From an uncultured virus (IMG/VR IMGVR_UViG_2775507110_000002) (lineage: Duplodnaviria > Heunggongvirae > Uroviricota > Caudoviricetes): a stretch of DNA of 28,454 bases. The DNA is taken from IMG/VR virus record IMGVR_UViG_2775507110_000002; one strand, given 5' to 3'. The notes beneath the pieces were generated by a model, which saw nothing but the letters and a program-made list of their open reading frames with translations, made no database searches and was not told the origin of the DNA. Position numbers and translations under genes: made by a program. Of this stretch, positions 24,762 through 28,454 are shown in pieces. Position 1 is the first letter of the stretch; every line of letters begins with the position of its first letter.

Positions 24762-24892
24762 TCTGGCCGCCCACCGCACCCGCCGTCATCGCCGCCGTGC
24801 TCGGACTCATCGCCATCGCCATGATCTGCGCCTCCCAGCACGGCATCGGCACCACCAACCCGCAAGACCCCCCGGACGGAGACCCGCCATGA
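24758..24892 (+). CDS. 44-aa membrane peptide
   Basis: Coupled at both ends; AVIAAVLGLIAIAMIC. Confidence 0.6.
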   Translation: MIWPPTAPAVIAAVLGLIAIAMICASQHGIGTTNPQDPPDGDPP

Positions 24893-25461
24893 GCCGCAAA
24901 ACCCACACCAAGAAGCGCCCCGCCGCCACGAAGCCGGCCGTCCTCCGCCCGGTCCTCCCCGTCCGACCCGCCAACCCCGGCCCCGAGTTCATCAGCGAGC
25001 AGCAGATGACCGCCGCCTACGCCGCCCGCCTCCACGGGCTCCCCCTCATACCCATAACCGCTTGGCTACCCCAACCCAACGGGGCCGTCCGCGCCCACCT
25101 CCCCGGCGGCACCAGCCTCACCCACCAGCCGGCCGGATTCACCGCCCACACCCCCTGCCCCAACGGCGCTCACCACCACACCCCGGTCACCAACGGCCAG
25201 GACCTCCGCAACGCCACCATCACCGCCGCCCACTGCACCGACCTCCACGGGCAGCCCCGCACCCTCACCCTCCACCAGGCCGCCGCCACCGCCGAGGACA
25301 CCCAGCAGCTGTCCCGCGACGACATCGACGCCGGCCTCACCGCCGACCACGACCACGCCCACCCCCATCCCGCCGAAACCACCCCCGGCTACGACATCGC
25401 CCTCGCCGCCGCCGAAGCCCACGGCAACGCAGCCGCCCAACACCAGGAGACGAACCAGTGA
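24889..25461 (+). CDS. Hypothetical protein
   Basis: ATGA-coupled; C..G.HH...C..H motif. Confidence 0.7.
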   Translation: MSRKTHTKKRPAATKPAVLRPVLPVRPANPGPEFISEQQMTAAYAARLHGLPLIPITAWLPQPNGAVRAHLPGGTSLTHQPAGFTAHTPCPNGAHHHTPVTNGQDLRNATITAAHCTDLHGQPRTLTLHQAAATAEDTQQLSRDDIDAGLTADHDHAHPHPAETTPGYDIALAAAEAHGNAAAQHQETNQ

Positions 25462-25969
25462 CCACCAACCCCAACCTCGACGACGACAGATCACCGCCCT
25501 CGCCGACACCCTCTACGACGCCCTGTACGCCATCACCCCCCTCGCCGAACCCCACTTCGCCGACGAGACCGAAGGCCTCAACAACGCCGTCCGCGCCGTC
25601 CTCGCCGAGGAAGCCGCACACCAGTGGATCCAGAAGCAGCTCGACGAGACCGGCATCCGGGCCATGGACTTCCGCAACGGCATGCACATGGAGATGGAAC
25701 CCGCCCGCGAACTCCTCGCCTCCTGGGTCGCAGCCGCCCGAACCATGCTCGGCGACGCCCCGAACTACACCGAGACCAAGGTCTCCATGGACGTCAAGGT
25801 CGCCGAGTCCCCCGAGATGTACACCCTCGTCGTCCAGCGCCACGCCCCCGGCGCCCTCACCCCGCACGAGGCCCGCCAGAAGGCCGAAGCCCGAGTCGCG
25901 GAACTCGAAGCCCAGCTTGCCGAGCTCCGCGGCGATGCCGTGACCCCCACGGAGGCCCCCCGTGCCTGA
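25458..25969 (+). pseudogene. Hypothetical protein with apparent one-base frameshift near 25487
   Basis: AGGAG RBS and GTGA-coupled start reads VTTNPNLDDD; the protein-like frame QITALADTLYDALY... joining ORF 25664-25969 is offset by one base. Confidence 0.6.
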
Positions 25970-26309
25970 GGCCCACGACCAGACGTACATCAACGCCCTC
26001 GGCGCCGACCTCGCCCAACAGAACCTCAACGCCCTCGTCCTCGCCCAGAACGGCAACAACCAGCTCGGCCAGCCCCACCCCAACAACCCCGAGCTCCGCA
26101 TCTGGAACGGCAACATCCTCGCCATCGGCCACCAGGACCCCCGCAGGATCACCGCCGCCGCCAACAACGTCCTCCCCGCCCACATGCGCGTCGCCGCCGC
26201 CTACCACTGGCACGCACGCCTCACCAACGGCACCTGGACCCGCTGCACCCCCAACACCGACAACGCCATCCCCATCACAGTCACCCTCGCCGTGACCCGC
26301 GATGACTGA
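25962..26309 (+). CDS. Hypothetical protein
   Basis: GGAGG RBS; strong GC3 bias. Confidence 0.7.
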   Translation: MPEAHDQTYINALGADLAQQNLNALVLAQNGNNQLGQPHPNNPELRIWNGNILAIGHQDPRRITAAANNVLPAHMRVAAAYHWHARLTNGTWTRCTPNTDNAIPITVTLAVTRDD

Positions 26310-26523
26310 GTACGAAGCCTCCTGCCTCGGCAAGCACCGCTTCCCCAGCCGACGCACCGCCCGCCGCCGCGCCAGGCAAATACGCGGCGAAGGCGGACCC
26401 CGCTTCCACACCTACCGCTGCCGGTACTGCCTCAGCACACACATCGGCCACGCAGCCGGCCACGCAACGTACCTCCGCACCGGACCCCGCGGCCCCATCC
26501 ACATCCAGGAGTACGCCACATGA
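26302..26523 (+). CDS. Small basic zinc-binding phage-type protein
   Basis: CLGKHRF..RRTA...YRCRYC..HIGH. Confidence 0.7.
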   Translation: MTEYEASCLGKHRFPSRRTARRRARQIRGEGGPRFHTYRCRYCLSTHIGHAAGHATYLRTGPRGPIHIQEYAT

Positions 26524-26915
26524 AAGCCCTCACCATCCGACAGCCCTGGGCCGGCGCCATCGTCCACCAGACGAAGCGCGTCGAGAACCGCACCTGGAAG
26601 CTCCCCGCCGCCCACCACGGGGCCCGCATCCTCATCCACGCCGGAGCCCAGCCCGACAAGACCGCCGAAGTGAACGGCCCGCACCTCGACATGTACTCCG
26701 CGATCGTCGGCATCGCCACCATCACCGGCTCCCACTGGTCCAGCGAATGGCAGTGCTGCGGCTACTGGGCATTCGAGAACACCTACCACTGGGAACTCGC
26801 CGACGTCATCGCGCTCCCGAAGCCGGTCCCCGCCAAGGGCGCCCTCGGCTTCTGGACCCCTCCGGCCGACGTCCTGGACGCCGCACTCGCCCAGCAGGCA
26901 GAGGCGGCCCGATGA
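26520..26915 (+). CDS. ASCH-domain protein
   Basis: KALTIRQPWA...KRVENRTW...ILIHAG...PAKGALGFW. Confidence 0.85.
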   Translation: MKALTIRQPWAGAIVHQTKRVENRTWKLPAAHHGARILIHAGAQPDKTAEVNGPHLDMYSAIVGIATITGSHWSSEWQCCGYWAFENTYHWELADVIALPKPVPAKGALGFWTPPADVLDAALAQQAEAAR

Positions 26916-27349
26916 CCGCCACCCTCACCCGCCCCAACACCTGGCGGCTCGCACTCCCCGTCAACACCCTCCTCATCAACGCCAACGACCGCATGCACCC
27001 CGTCAAGCGCGCCCCCTGCATCAAAGCCATCCGCCAAACCGCCTGGGCCACCGCACGCGCCGCCAAACTCCCCACCCTCCAACGCGCCCACGTCTTCTAC
27101 GTCATCCACCCCGACACCAAAACCCGCCGCCGCGACCCCGGCAACTGGTCCCCCTCCGCCAAAGCCGCAGTCGACGGCCTCATCGACGCCGGAATCCTCC
27201 CCGACGACAACCACCACCACCTCCTCGGCCCCGACCCCCGCCTCGGCACCCCCATCAAGGGCTCCCAACTCGTCCTTTGGATCACCGACCTCGACCAGCT
27301 CACCCCCAACCACACCGCCCTCCTCAACCCTCCCGGAGACCCGTCATGA
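26912..27349 (+). CDS. RusA-like Holliday junction resolvase
   Basis: NAN, RRRDPGNW..SAKAAVDGLIDAGILPDD. Confidence 0.7.
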   Translation: MTATLTRPNTWRLALPVNTLLINANDRMHPVKRAPCIKAIRQTAWATARAAKLPTLQRAHVFYVIHPDTKTRRRDPGNWSPSAKAAVDGLIDAGILPDDNHHHLLGPDPRLGTPIKGSQLVLWITDLDQLTPNHTALLNPPGDPS

Positions 27350-27831
27350 CCATCCTCAACATCGGCAGCCGCCGCCCCACAACAATCGCCGCGCCCCCGG
27401 CGGACTGGCGTTTCAGCGCCGCCTGCGCCGGTGTCGACCCCGAGCTGTTCTTCCCCCGGAGGGAGGACAACCGGCCGTTGGCGCAGCTCGCGGAGGCCAA
27501 GGCGGTGTGCGACGGCTGCCCCGTGCGGGAGACGTGCCTTCAGTGGGCGTTGGAGACCCGGCAGGACACCGGGGTGTGGGGTGGGTTGTCGGAGAACGAG
27601 CGGCGGGTGTTGCACCGCCGGGTCCGCCGGTACGACGGGCGTGAGCCGGGTATGCCGGAGCAGATCATCCGGGACCGGCTGGACGAGTTCCGGGCTGCGG
27701 TGGCGTCGTGTGACGGTGTGGGGCAGGTGGCCCGGGCGTTGGGCACGAACGTGCAGACCGTGAACACTGTCCTGGCGCTCCTCGACAACCAGGCCGCCCA
27801 GTTGGACGCGGCGTCCGAGGCGGTGGCGTGA
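27346..27831 (+). CDS. WhiB-family Fe-S transcription factor with C-terminal HTH
   Basis: AACAGVDPELFFP...CDGCPVRETC...GVWGGLSENERR; GVGQVARALGTNVQTV. Confidence 0.9.
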   Translation: MTILNIGSRRPTTIAAPPADWRFSAACAGVDPELFFPRREDNRPLAQLAEAKAVCDGCPVRETCLQWALETRQDTGVWGGLSENERRVLHRRVRRYDGREPGMPEQIIRDRLDEFRAAVASCDGVGQVARALGTNVQTVNTVLALLDNQAAQLDAASEAVA

Positions 27832-27930
27832 TGGCGACGCCCATCAGTGAGCACGGCACGGTCCGTGCCTACCGGCGCGGGTGCCACTGCAGGCCGTGCA
27901 CCAACGCGGCCACCAAGGCGCGGCCACCAA
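27828..27930 (+). pseudogene. HGT..Y..GCxCxxC zinc-finger gene truncated at the transposon junction
   Basis: EHGTVRAYRRGCHCRPCTNAATK, after which the sequence changes character. Confidence 0.6.
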
Positions 27931-28454
27931 GGCCCTGTTCTCGTATAGCTACGGCGAAGTGCCATGTAGCGCTGTGTAACTACCTTGATCTCGTTTCCCC
28001 TCAGTGGTCGCCTCGTTGAGCTGAATGAGTGATCACGGGTGGGGCGGAGGCATGGGTGCGGCAGGACTGGGAGCCGGAAGACCTGATCGAGGTCTGGACG
28101 CTGCTCGAAGACGACATGAAGCGGCTGCGGAACAAGTCCGGGGCAAACCGGCTGGGCTTTGCGGTGCTGTTGAAGTTCTTCGAGGTGGAGGCTCGGTTCC
28201 CGGAGTCGGCCGGGGAGGTGCCGGCAGCGGCGGTGGCGTACGTGGCCCAGCAGGTGAAGGTCCCTGCCGGGGAGTGGGCGGACTACGACTGGCAGGGCAA
28301 GGCGATCAAGCGTCACCGGGGCGAGATCCGGGCGGCGTACGGGTTCCGGGCGAATACCGAGGAGGACCAGGAGCGGCTGGCCGGGTGGCTGGCGAGCGAG
28401 CTGTGTCCGGTGGAGCTGTCGCGGGACCGGCTGGAGGCCGCGGTGGTGGCCCGC
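27931..28454 (+). mobile_element. Left part of a Tn3-family transposon (end position inferred)
   Basis: Abrupt switch to AT-richer non-coding GGCCCTGTTCTCGTATAGCTACGGCG, followed by the transposase; the partner end is outside the window. Confidence 0.65.
28056..28454 (+). CDS. tnpA: Tn3-family transposase, N-terminal (DUF4158) part, truncated by window edge
   Basis: GGAGG-GTG start; WTLLEDD...NRLGFAVLLKFF..EARFP...AYVAQQV...YDW...KRHRGEIRAAYGFR. Confidence 0.85.
   Translation, partial: MRQDWEPEDLIEVWTLLEDDMKRLRNKSGANRLGFAVLLKFFEVEARFPESAGEVPAAAVAYVAQQVKVPAGEWADYDWQGKAIKRHRGEIRAAYGFRANTEEDQERLAGWLASELCPVELSRDRLEAAVVAR

Overview
High-GC actinobacterial DNA (Streptomyces-like by gene content and codon style) that reads as part of a phage-plasmid or plasmid-like prophage. 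Left to right: (1) the 3' part of a tail-fibre-like protein with a glycerophosphodiesterase domain; (2) a run of small leaderless genes; (3) a membrane protein coupled to a Cre-like tyrosine recombinase and a second, apparently catalytically dead tyrosine-recombinase-fold protein with a LacI-type HTH insert; (4) a divergent promoter/operator between a WYL gene and a tandem-RHH regulator, followed by a Rad52-like annealase, a C5 methyltransferase and a WhiB-HTH gene; (5) an intact tnpB without tnpA, divergent from an orphan Phd/YefM antitoxin across a 10-bp-phased GTAC array; (6) a replicon: leader with four UUGGCG-loop hairpins, HTH Rep with internal DnaA boxes, DciA-SLOG fusion, DciA, palindromic parS candidates, a non-canonical ParB and an RHH-ParA; (7) a phage early-type operon of small genes (ASCH, RusA-like, WhiB) interrupted by a Tn3-family transposon at the right edge. 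A 44-bp inverted repeat (1893-1936 / 13725-13768) brackets 11.9 kb. The best candidates for undescribed biology are the Phd-TnpB module, the periodic UUGGCG hairpin array, the active/dead recombinase pair and the 44-bp inverted sites. All family assignments are motif recognition by eye; no searches were run.
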